Below, one piece after another: positions 1 to 7,851 of a DNA stretch of 24,770 nt. Positions within the stretch are counted from its first letter, which is position 1, and every line of letters starts with the position of its first letter. The stretch covers positions 1 through 24,770 of the forward strand of contig JBEIFD010000001.1 in assembly GCA_040382535.1 (NCBI GenBank). The letters are read 5' to 3'. Below the pieces are notes generated by a model. It was not told where the DNA came from and searched no databases. It saw nothing but the letters and a program-made list of their open reading frames with translations. The translations under genes and the position numbers were made by a program. The DNA comes from Merismopediaceae cyanobacterium. GTDB taxonomy: Bacteria > Cyanobacteriota > Cyanobacteriia > Cyanobacteriales > Microcystaceae.

Positions 1-405
1 CATGCCCTCATGTCACCCAAGTTAGCGATCGCCCAAATAAAGATCACCCCTCAAGGTTCAGATATTTATCACTTAGTGATCCAGATAGAAAATCAGGGTT
101 TTTTACCGACCTATACCAGCAAAAAAACCTTAGAACGTAAAGCGGTTCGGGCGATCGAGGTGATGCTATCTTTACCCGAAGGCGTAACTTTAATTAGTGG
201 CCAACGGGAACAGAATATTGACCATCTAGAAGGCAGATCGAATAAAGCTTTTTCCTCCTTTGTGTCCAGTGGTGGTGGAATCGATTATCGTCGCCATTTG
301 GAATGGGTCATCAAGGGGCCAGCGAAAAGCGAACTTGAGGTAATGATTTATTCAGAACGCGCAGGAACGATCAAAACTCAGATTTGTCTAGAAAATCAAG
401 AATAG
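1..405 (+). CDS. M14-family zinc carboxypeptidase-like protein, C-terminal part (gene starts upstream of the window)
   Basis: Frame is open from base 1 (HALMSPKL...). The segment ENQGFLPTY...LEGRS...LEWVIK...SERAG resembles the C-terminal domain of bacterial M14 peptidases (recognised from memory). No catalytic motif is inside the window. Confidence 0.7.
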   Translation, partial: HALMSPKLAIAQIKITPQGSDIYHLVIQIENQGFLPTYTSKKTLERKAVRAIEVMLSLPEGVTLISGQREQNIDHLEGRSNKAFSSFVSSGGGIDYRRHLEWVIKGPAKSELEVMIYSERAGTIKTQICLENQE

Positions 406-421
406 CAATCCTGATTTTTAT

Positions 422-440
422 GGATTTGGAAACCAAATCC
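422..440. terminator. Perfect hairpin between convergent genes
   Basis: GGATTTGG-AAA-CCAAATCC, an 8-bp stem. There is no adjacent U-tract on either strand, so terminator function is uncertain. Confidence 0.35.
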
Positions 441-499
441 CTACGGAAAGTTAATGATTTTTTGAGCGATCAGATTTTATGGAAAGAAAACAGAGAACT

Positions 500-1399
500 T
501 CAGCCCAAAGTAATTTTATCTAATTGATCAAAAATTTCCCTATCAACTTCTAAATTAAACTTACGGGCAAAGTGAGCAGGAGAAGCCAGAAGACGGGGTA
601 AATCTTCTAGTTCCATTGTCTTGGGATGGGCCGCTTTCGTTGACCAATCGACATAGCGGTAATTATCATTTTTTAAGTTCAAATGATCTGCATTCGCTAA
701 GATGGTCTGAAAATAGGATTCATCGGCAAACATTCGACGACGATAATGGGAGGTTATGGCATTATTTTGTTGATGAAATTGAATGATATATTCTGCCGAT
801 CGCCGATTTCCGTAGAACCACTGATCCCCGACAAAACAACTGAAATTATTCTTAAAAGGGATAAAAAACTGAGTAATTAAAGGATTATCAATGCGAATAT
901 CTAAATCTCTAGAGTAGGGTCGCTTTCCTAAAAAAGGGATAGAGAATAATTTTAAACCACAGTATCTTTCGTAGGCTAACTTTTGCCAGATAAAACTAAT
1001 TTTGGGGGTTTCTTGATAAACTTTATACCTAATTTTTTCATGATTGATATAGGCATCATATTGATTAGAATTTAATTCAGCTAATATTTCTTGAGCGGTT
1101 TTAATCGGGTAATCCGAACCACTGAGCAAGATAAACCAATCAGGAGAATTTTCCGATTCGTAAAGTAATTTTATTCCCTGTACAGTTGCTTCTACGATAG
1201 AAAAATCGCCCCATTTAGTTTTTAGATGGGGACGAACAAATTTAATATTTTTTGATAAATGATCCACCGACAAAGCACATTTATCAAAATCATGGTGACA
1301 GACAATGGGCGGATAATTAAACATTTTGTTCAATTGAGCCAAAAGTCTATCAATTTGTTGGGGTTGATGATGGGTCAGTAGGACAAAACCGATGGACAT
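500..1399 (-). CDS. Core-2/I-branching beta-1,6-N-acetylglucosaminyltransferase family protein (GT14)
   Basis: 299 aa with the family motifs KWGDFSIVEAT, ILLSGSDYPIK, ADESYFQTIL, RYVDWS and FARKF. Confidence 0.85.
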   Translation of the reverse strand: MSIGFVLLTHHQPQQIDRLLAQLNKMFNYPPIVCHHDFDKCALSVDHLSKNIKFVRPHLKTKWGDFSIVEATVQGIKLLYESENSPDWFILLSGSDYPIKTAQEILAELNSNQYDAYINHEKIRYKVYQETPKISFIWQKLAYERYCGLKLFSIPFLGKRPYSRDLDIRIDNPLITQFFIPFKNNFSCFVGDQWFYGNRRSAEYIIQFHQQNNAITSHYRRRMFADESYFQTILANADHLNLKNDNYRYVDWSTKAAHPKTMELEDLPRLLASPAHFARKFNLEVDREIFDQLDKITLG

Positions 1400-1470
1400 G
1401 ATGCCGTTCGCAATACTTGATGAAAATCAGAGATTGAAGAAGCCTATCATTTTTTTATCCTGTCTGAACC

Positions 1471-2865
1471 CTAAGCAAATTGCTCGGCAGAAACCCATGC
1501 TCCATGAAAACCGTAGGGGACTCGTTGGGGCAGGATAATTCTGGCGATCGCGGGTTGAGTCAAGTTTTGAGCATCTAAAACAATTAATTCGGAAGAATCG
1601 GAGGCTTCATTATAAACAAAGGTCAATAACCAACCGTGATCTTCGGATTGGGCTTGGGGATGGGGAACAAACACCGCCTCTCCCCCATAGGAATTGGGTT
1701 CAAAAGCATGAATTTCAGTTTTGCCCGTTTCTAGGTCATATTTAAGCAAACCATCAAATAAAGGCATTTCTCCCAATTTGGACTTTCCTGCATAGCCGTA
1801 ACGATTTTGACGACCTAAATACTTTTCATTAATCCGAGGAAATTCACAAGCCAGATCGCCCAAAGATCTTTCCTGAACGACTCCTGTTTGTAGATTAAAT
1901 CGCCACTCATAAAGATAGGGAATATTACCCGCACTATTGGTATTTTCTTCAGAAATTCCTAAAGCATTGGTCGATTCCATACGACAGGCAATTAAGATCA
2001 CCTCATCCGCAGACTCATAGGCATTCAGGGTATGGAAACCATAGCAACTAGGACTCTCGAACCAACGAATATCCGACGGTTCACCATGACGAGGCAAAAT
2101 ACCGAAGCGACTGGGGGTTTCTTCTTCAAATAAAAACATGGGTTGTCCCTGGGCCATCCGTTCTGGTCGGAAAGTCAAAGGAAAATCTAGAAAAATGGTG
2201 TAGTGTTCCGTAATGGCAAAATCGTGCATCATTACGCCGACGGGCAATTCAATCGGGATCAATTTCACCAATTCGCCTTCGGGGGAAATAATGCCGTAGT
2301 GCAAAAACGGTTGCTGCATCAGGGAATAACCAAAAAAGAGCATTTCTCCTGTGACGGGATCAACTTTGGGATGGGCAGTAAAAGCGGAAGTGAGCTTACC
2401 CTCAAAGTTTACTGTTCCTACGGTATCCAGGGAGGGTAATTGAATTTGATGGGGTTCTCCTCCTTCCCAAACGGCCAAAAATTTACCACTGTGCCAAACG
2501 AGAGCAGTATTGGCGGTATTTTTCCCTGGCCCGTAGGGATTATCCAATTGGGGCGGCTCTAATAAACCCGACCAGATGGCTTTTCCTACTTCTTTTTCCC
2601 TTTCAAAGCCAAAGGTGCGGATGTAGCGATTGCGATAGGTGGCTTGTCCATTTTCCAGTTGGACACCATGCAACATTCCATCACCATCAAACCAATGGTA
2701 TTGACCGATGGGGGAAAATTGGGGATTTGGCCCATTACGGACAAACATTCCCCTTAATTCGGTAGGAATTTCTCCAATCACTTTGAGGTTTTCGGCTTGA
2801 ATTTCGGTTGAAACGGGGGCAAAGTTACCGAGTAAATAGGGATTGGTTTCCGTGATGGTCATCAT
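1471..2865 (-). CDS. Carotenoid cleavage oxygenase (RPE65/CCD family)
   Basis: Motifs NPYLLGNFAPV, RNGPNP and WFDGDGMLH. Four candidate Fe-binding His residues lie in AHPKVD, MMHDF, FHTLNAYE and YGFHG. Confidence 0.93.
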   Translation of the reverse strand: MMTITETNPYLLGNFAPVSTEIQAENLKVIGEIPTELRGMFVRNGPNPQFSPIGQYHWFDGDGMLHGVQLENGQATYRNRYIRTFGFEREKEVGKAIWSGLLEPPQLDNPYGPGKNTANTALVWHSGKFLAVWEGGEPHQIQLPSLDTVGTVNFEGKLTSAFTAHPKVDPVTGEMLFFGYSLMQQPFLHYGIISPEGELVKLIPIELPVGVMMHDFAITEHYTIFLDFPLTFRPERMAQGQPMFLFEEETPSRFGILPRHGEPSDIRWFESPSCYGFHTLNAYESADEVILIACRMESTNALGISEENTNSAGNIPYLYEWRFNLQTGVVQERSLGDLACEFPRINEKYLGRQNRYGYAGKSKLGEMPLFDGLLKYDLETGKTEIHAFEPNSYGGEAVFVPHPQAQSEDHGWLLTFVYNEASDSSELIVLDAQNLTQPAIARIILPQRVPYGFHGAWVSAEQFA

Positions 2866-2936
2866 AATGATTTTCTAGGATTTTTCTTTAGGATAGCAAG
2901 TTATTACTCAGTTTTGCTCATGGGAAATACATAAAG

Positions 2937-2976
2937 GCGATCGCTTTTTTAGGTTGAAGGGGTAAAGGGCGATCGC
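2937..2976 (+). repeat. HIP1-bracketed mini-element, copy A
   Basis: GCGATCGC-TTTTTTAGGTTGAAGGGGTAAAGG-GCGATCGC. Confidence 0.75.
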
Positions 2977-3027
2977 GGATAATCTCTTAAAATAGAGAAA
3001 GCTAAATATTGCAGAGAGAAAGAAACT

Positions 3028-3627
3028 ATGGCAACCACCGCAGACGACGTATGGCAACTGTTAGCAGAATTAACCACTGCTCAAAAAGAGACCGACCTGC
3101 AACTCAAGGAAGTTAGTCAGGCACAAAAAGAGACCGATCGCCAACTCAAAGAATTAGGCAAACAAACCGATCGCCAACTCAAGGAATTAGGTAAGCAAAT
3201 TGGGGGACTCGGTGCAAAATTTGGCAGTTTTACCGAAGGTCTAGCTCTTCCTTCAATGGAAAAGATTCTAAGACAACGGTTTGGTATGGAAGTAGTCAGT
3301 CCTAGTGTGCGAGCTAGTAAAGAAGGAAAACACATGGAAATTGATGTTCTTGCCTATACCAATGGTAATTTGAATATTGCCTATGTCGTCGAGGTTAAAA
3401 GTCATGCTAGGGAAGATTCTATTACTCAATTAAAAAGTATTCTGCAACGTTTTCGTGACTTTTTCCCTGAACACAAAGATAAACAACTCTATGGCATTTT
3501 AGCCTCCGTTGATATGTCCCCCGAATTACGTCAAAAAACGTTACAAGAAGGATTTTATGTTGCTCGGATTCAGGATCAAGTTTTTGAACTCGATACGCCT
3601 GACAACTTTCAACCCCAAAGTTATTGA
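3028..3627 (+). CDS. DUF3782-like coiled-coil + PD-(D/E)XK nuclease-fold protein
   Basis: N-terminal KETDRQLKEL repeats, then GSFTEG and the EIDVL...VEVKS nuclease-like motif. This is a multi-copy cyanobacterial family. Confidence 0.8.
   Translation: MATTADDVWQLLAELTTAQKETDLQLKEVSQAQKETDRQLKELGKQTDRQLKELGKQIGGLGAKFGSFTEGLALPSMEKILRQRFGMEVVSPSVRASKEGKHMEIDVLAYTNGNLNIAYVVEVKSHAREDSITQLKSILQRFRDFFPEHKDKQLYGILASVDMSPELRQKTLQEGFYVARIQDQVFELDTPDNFQPQSY
3079..3198 (+). repeat. In-frame tandem repeats in the coiled-coil region
   Basis: 33-bp units at 3133-3165 and 3166-3198 (ACCGATCGCCAACTCAARGAATTAGG...), plus a related 42-bp unit at 3079-3120. Confidence 0.8.
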
Positions 3628-3651
3628 CTTTTTTCAATTTACAAGTGAGGT

Positions 3652-3693
3652 GCGATCGCGTTTTTTTTGAATGGGGGGTTAAAGGGCGATCGC
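3652..3693 (+). repeat. HIP1-bracketed mini-element, copy B
   Basis: GCGATCGC-GTTTTTTTTGAATGGGGGGTTAAAGG-GCGATCGC, between the convergent stops at 3627 and 3711. Confidence 0.8.
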
Positions 3694-3710
3694 TTTTAAA
3701 TGAGTCTAAA

Positions 3711-6700
3711 CTAAATCGTTACAAAATTAGTTAATCCCAAGGCTCCTGATAAACCAGTGACTTCAATAATGGCATCAGTAGTTTGACTAAAGCCTGCCGT
3801 TGCGTCATTAATTGCCACAAAAGATCGGGTTCCAAAAGTAAATTGAGCAGCAGAGTTTGCTCCGAAGTTAGTAGTGGTTAATTTGGCGATGATTCCTGCA
3901 TTATCCAAGGTTGCAACTGCTCCTGCATTGGTGAAACTTGATCGTGCGGTGGTAACGAGAAAGAGATCATTGCTTCCATTTGCATTGAAGTCTTTAATCA
4001 CATCATAGTTAGCTAAAAGGGAATCTGTGAGGATTTTGTAACCAAAGCGATCGCTGCCTAAGCCACCTGTCAGAGTATCTTTACCTGCTGCACCTGTCAG
4101 GATGTTGTTTGCACCATTACCTAAAATGATGTTATTAAGAGCATTTCCTGTCCCATTAATTGCAGTTGTTCCTGTTAGGGTTAGGTTTTCTAGGTTGGTT
4201 CCTAATGTATAAGTGATAGAGGACTGAACGGTATCAATTTCTGTGGCAAGGGTAGAGGTTTCTGTTACGAGATCGCCCGCATTATCTACGATATAGTTGT
4301 CATTTCCCAGACCACCAATCAGAGTATCGACTCCTGCTCCACCATTGAGAATATTATTGGCACTGTTACCCGTAAGTATGTTATTACCTGCGTTACCTGT
4401 ACCGTTGATCGCGGCCACACCATTCAGTTTCAGATTTTCAACATTGGCAGGTAAAATACGAGAGATGCTACTTTGCAAGGTGTCGGTGATAATGACTTCG
4501 CCAACGGAGGCGTTAGGATCAAGAATAGCATTCCCAGGACTAGAAAGAGTAACGAGGAATGCTTCATCAGCTTCGTTGAGATTATCGTTGAGGATGGGAA
4601 TACTCAGGGTGGCAAAGGAGCTATTGGGGGCAATGGTTAGAGTCCCTGTTTTGCTGGTGTAGTCAACGTTTGCAGTGGCATCAATGAGAGTAGTGGTGTA
4701 GTTGACGGTGATGGCTTGGCTAACAGGACTACTTAGGCTGACGGTGAGGTAGGCGTTGCTGTCTTTTCCTTCGACTACGCGGATGTCGTTAATGGAAAGC
4801 GAGGGAAAGTCATCGTTGGTAATGGTTCCTGTAACAGCAGCAGTTGTACCAACATTGTAGGTTGTTCCTGTTGCTAGGGAGAGGGCAACAGTGTCGTCAT
4901 TTTCAATGGTAGTATCGGCAGTGGGATCAATAGTTAAGGTTGCTGTAGCTGAGTTGGCTGCAAAGTTAATGGTTTGGCCAGTACCAGGAGTTGCACCTGT
5001 ATAATCGGTGCTATCGGCTGTTCCTGCAATGCTGTAATTGACGGTGAGGGCTGAGGTTGTGGCTCCGGTACGGGTGAAGGTATAGACCAGATTGTTTGTA
5101 CCATTTTCAGTGACGCTTGCGGGAGAAACGGCTAGGGTGATGGTGGAGAGGGAAGCATAGAAAAAGCTATTGCTGGTGAGATTTAAGCCTGTTCGATCGC
5201 GGATGATACCGATGAGTTCGTCGGGTTCGGTGTTGGGTTTATCGATTAAAAGTTGAGTATCGGTTCCGACTACGTTCAAAAGATAGGTCATACCGCCTTT
5301 AAGTTGAATGATGTCTCCTTCGGTGGGGTTGAAGTCGGCAATGTCGGCATAGTCGTTTGTACCCGCGTTGGTTGTTAGTCCGTCGTCGTAGCCAATCCAA
5401 GTGGAGTCAGCTAAGATAAAGCGATCGCCGCCTGCTCCACCAGAAAAAATGTCCTTTTCACCGATGCCAGGGTTGAGACTATTGGGATTAACACCCGTCA
5501 GAAGGTCGTTACCCGCCCCACCGTTAATCGTGTCATTACCAGTCCCACCATTAATGGTATCGTTACCATCACCAGTAACAATGGTGTCGCTTTTTGAAGT
5601 GCCTGTCAGTTGGAACTGCTCGATATTACTAAAAGTAACTTTGTCAGTGCCACCAAAAGTATAGTTTGCGGAATAGTTGCCATTAAATCCCCCGGAGCCA
5701 TTACTGGCAATAGAAGAGACTAGACCATCATAAATATTGAGAGTGTACTCCAAAATCAATACGTCAATCCCAGTACCACCATCAACCACATCATTACCAA
5801 AGCCAGGATTGACCGTATCGTTGTCCCCCCCAAGAGTGAGAGTATCATTGAAACGTCCCTGTAGCTTGATGATATCGTTGCCACTGCCTGTTATTAAATC
5901 AAAGGCTTCGATATTGGTATAACTACTGCCAAAAGGTGCAATAGAGATGCCTTGGGGAACATCTAGGGTTAAATTACTGGTGCTACTGCTGAAATTGTAG
6001 AAGATTTTATCCGTACCATTACCGCCATCAACGATATTATTGCCAGCCCCAGGGGTAATCCAGTCATCACCCTCCCCGCCATTAATTGTGTCGTTACCAT
6101 TACCAGTAACAATGGTGTCGCTTTTTGAAGTGCCTGTCAGTTGGAACTGCTCGATATTACTAAAAGTAACTTTGTCAGTGCCACCAAAAGTATAGTTTGC
6201 GGAATAGTTGCCATTAAATCCCCCGGAGCCATTACTGGCGATAGAAGAGACTAGACCATCATAAGTATTGAGAGTGTAGTCTAAAATCAATACGTCAATC
6301 CCAGCACCACCATCAACCACATCTTGGCCTCGGAGGGGGCGAATTGTATCATTGCCACTCGTCCCCGTAATTACATCATTGCCATTTGTGCCAGTAAAAT
6401 CCTGTTTCTCTACCTGAATAACTTGGCCATTAAGCGTAATTGTTCCGTGATCATTCTCAGCCTTCAAAGCCTGCAAAGTCGTAATACTTAGACTTTCTCC
6501 TTGTACCAAAGCCGCAAAAATTGCTCCCTCATCCCCCGCACTATCAGAAGTATTAATCTGAGCATCCACAAAATGCCCAAACTCCTCCAACAAAACATTT
6601 ACCAAAGACTGTTGACTTGCCGTTGCCAAAAACTGCTCAGACAAATAAATCTTATTCGTACTGCTGGCATAAGCCCCATTTGCCGTACCCCAAACATCGC

Positions 6701-6893
6701 TACTGACTATTTCAATTTGGGGAAACAGACTAAAATTGCCACTTTGCCATTGCGTTTTAAACGTTGCCGCCGTTGCAAAATCATAATTTGATCCAAACGC
6801 CGTATCAAACAGACTTCAGAAATTGCTCAAATTAGCAAAATTCGTGAGCTGGGCATAAACAACGGAAAAATCGAAAGAAAAAGAGCTTATCAT
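3711..6893 (-). pseudogene. Large RTX Ca-binding / Calx-beta surface protein with bluetail-like C-terminus, interrupted by an in-frame TGA at 6816-6818 (remaining ORF 3711-6644)
   Basis: ATG at 6893 is in frame with the 977-aa ORF and reads MISSFSFDFSVVYAQLTNFANLSNF*SLFDTAFGSNYD...NGAYASSTNKIYLSEQF. The protein has many GGxGxD nonapeptides, Calx-beta modules (LSINDIRVVEG...LNDNLNEADEAF) and the C-terminus DAIIEVTGLSG. Confidence 0.8.
5548..6323. repeat. ~245-bp near-identical direct repeat (5548-5792 and 6079-6323), offset 531 bp
   Basis: Both copies encode DVVDGGxGIDVLILxYTLNxYDGLVSSIASNGSGGFNGNYSANYTFGGTDKVTFSNIEQFQLTGTSKSDTIVTGxGNDTING. Confidence 0.9.
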
Positions 6894-6930
6894 GGATTGT
6901 TTACCTCTAATTGTATTTATTTCTATTGAC

Positions 6931-6959
6931 AGTATCTTACCCATTGTCAGAAAAGTCAA
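6931..6959 (-). promoter_or_regulatory. Putative sigma70-type promoter of the RTX gene
   Basis: Minus strand TTGACT (6959-6954), 17-nt spacer, GATACT (6936-6931). The -10 box ends 37 nt upstream of ATG 6893. Confidence 0.5.
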
Positions 6960-7019
6960 TATAGAAAGTTCATACATCTTTTACAATCACTCAATGTAGG
7001 GAAAATTAAATACAAAAAC

Positions 7020-7056
7020 GCGATCGCCCTTCCTGATTAAGAAAAAACGCGATCAC
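7020..7056 (-). repeat. HIP1-bracketed mini-element, copy D (inverted, one HIP1 degenerate)
   Basis: Minus strand GTGATCGC-GTTTTTTCTTAATCAGGAAGG-GCGATCGC, followed by GTTTTTG (start of another unit). It begins 2 nt after the DUF2442 stop. Confidence 0.6.
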
Positions 7057-7058
7057 GT

Positions 7059-7367
7059 CTAAATAGAAACAGTAATCTTATTCTGGAAATAACCCCATTC
7101 TTGAAACTGAGTTTGTAATTCAGGAACGTTACAAAAAGCTAAAAAATATAAATATTCTGGCGCAAAATCTGCACCATTTTGCCAACAAACTGTCCCTAAT
7201 TCCTGATCAAGTTCAAATTGTTGAAATAGTAATAAATCTTGTAAAGGTTCAAAGACTTTACCTGTCAAACTTTCAGATAAATCTGCTATGCCCTCAGAAC
7301 CATTGTTAAATTTCAAGGCAATTTTATAATTGTCAACGTAACTAGCAGAAATAATATGCAAAAACAT
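7059..7367 (-). CDS. DUF2442 domain protein (putative antitoxin)
   Basis: MFLHIISASYVDNYKIALKFNNG...GKVFEPL...GTVCWQNGADFAPEYLY. The ATG at 7367, 4 nt after the upstream stop, is preferred over 7388. Confidence 0.8.
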   Translation of the reverse strand: MFLHIISASYVDNYKIALKFNNGSEGIADLSESLTGKVFEPLQDLLLFQQFELDQELGTVCWQNGADFAPEYLYFLAFCNVPELQTQFQEWGYFQNKITVSI

Positions 7368-7371
7368 TAGT

Positions 7372-7629
7372 TTACTCCAATGGTTCAATCCAATTAATAA
7401 TTTCGCGTTGACGACACAGTTTCCAATTAGCCGCTAGTTCAGATTGATGAAGATCGTGCCACTCTAAAACATGACGGAGCGATCGCTTCGGAAATGATCC
7501 CGTTACTACTCCAGTGTCGATCTCAACAATTACCTCGTATTGTCCATACTTAGCATGGTAATGAGGTGGTAAATGATCATTCCAGTAGAAGCTAATTGTG
7601 ATTCCTAAAAATCGACTAACAACAGGCAT
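7372..7629 (-). CDS. DUF4160 domain protein (putative HicA-like toxin)
   Basis: MPVVSRFLGITISFYWNDHLPPHYHAKYG...LEW...LAANW is the typical DUF4160 signature. Confidence 0.85.
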   Translation of the reverse strand: MPVVSRFLGITISFYWNDHLPPHYHAKYGQYEVIVEIDTGVVTGSFPKRSLRHVLEWHDLHQSELAANWKLCRQREIINWIEPLE

Positions 7630-7704
7630 TTTTAAGTAAAATAGGTAATTTGTTCAAAGTTTAACATTCTATCGTCTCTTTGGACGTGACTCAATAGAAA
7701 TAAA

Positions 7705-7745
7705 GCGATCGCGTTTTTTGAATGGGGAGTTAAAAGGGCGATCGC
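7705..7745 (+). repeat. HIP1-bracketed mini-element, copy C
   Basis: GCGATCGC-GTTTTTTGAATGGGGAGTTAAAAGG-GCGATCGC, nearly identical to copy B. Confidence 0.8.
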
Positions 7746-7775
7746 ATTGAAGAGATTTGAAATAATCTATCCAAA

Positions 7776-7791
7776 TGTCACTTCAGCTACA
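7776..7791 (+). promoter_or_regulatory. NtcA-box-like sequence
   Basis: TGTC-ACTTCAGC-TACA, one mismatch to TGTA-N8-TACA. No TAN3T box at the canonical 22-nt distance. Confidence 0.25.
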
Positions 7792-7851
7792 AACTTAAAT
7801 GCTCTTCTCATTGATCTTGTTACTAGAAGCAAGATTTGAGGAGAGCCGAGA

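Noticed and set aside
2203-2439. 78-aa + strand ORF
   Set aside because: Antisense shadow of the CCD gene with no motif.
3117-3637. Two short minus-strand ORFs (3117-3335 and 3422-3637)
   Set aside because: Antisense to the DUF3782 gene; their repetitiveness only mirrors its tandem repeats.
4297-6791. Plus-strand ORFs at 4297, 5401, 5737 and 6501
   Set aside because: Antisense shadows of the Gly/Thr/Asn-rich RTX gene.
2937-7745. Mini-elements as a CRISPR array or true integron attC sites
   Set aside because: Spacing is kilobases and irregular, there are no cas or intI genes, and no GTTRRRY/RYYYAAC cores.
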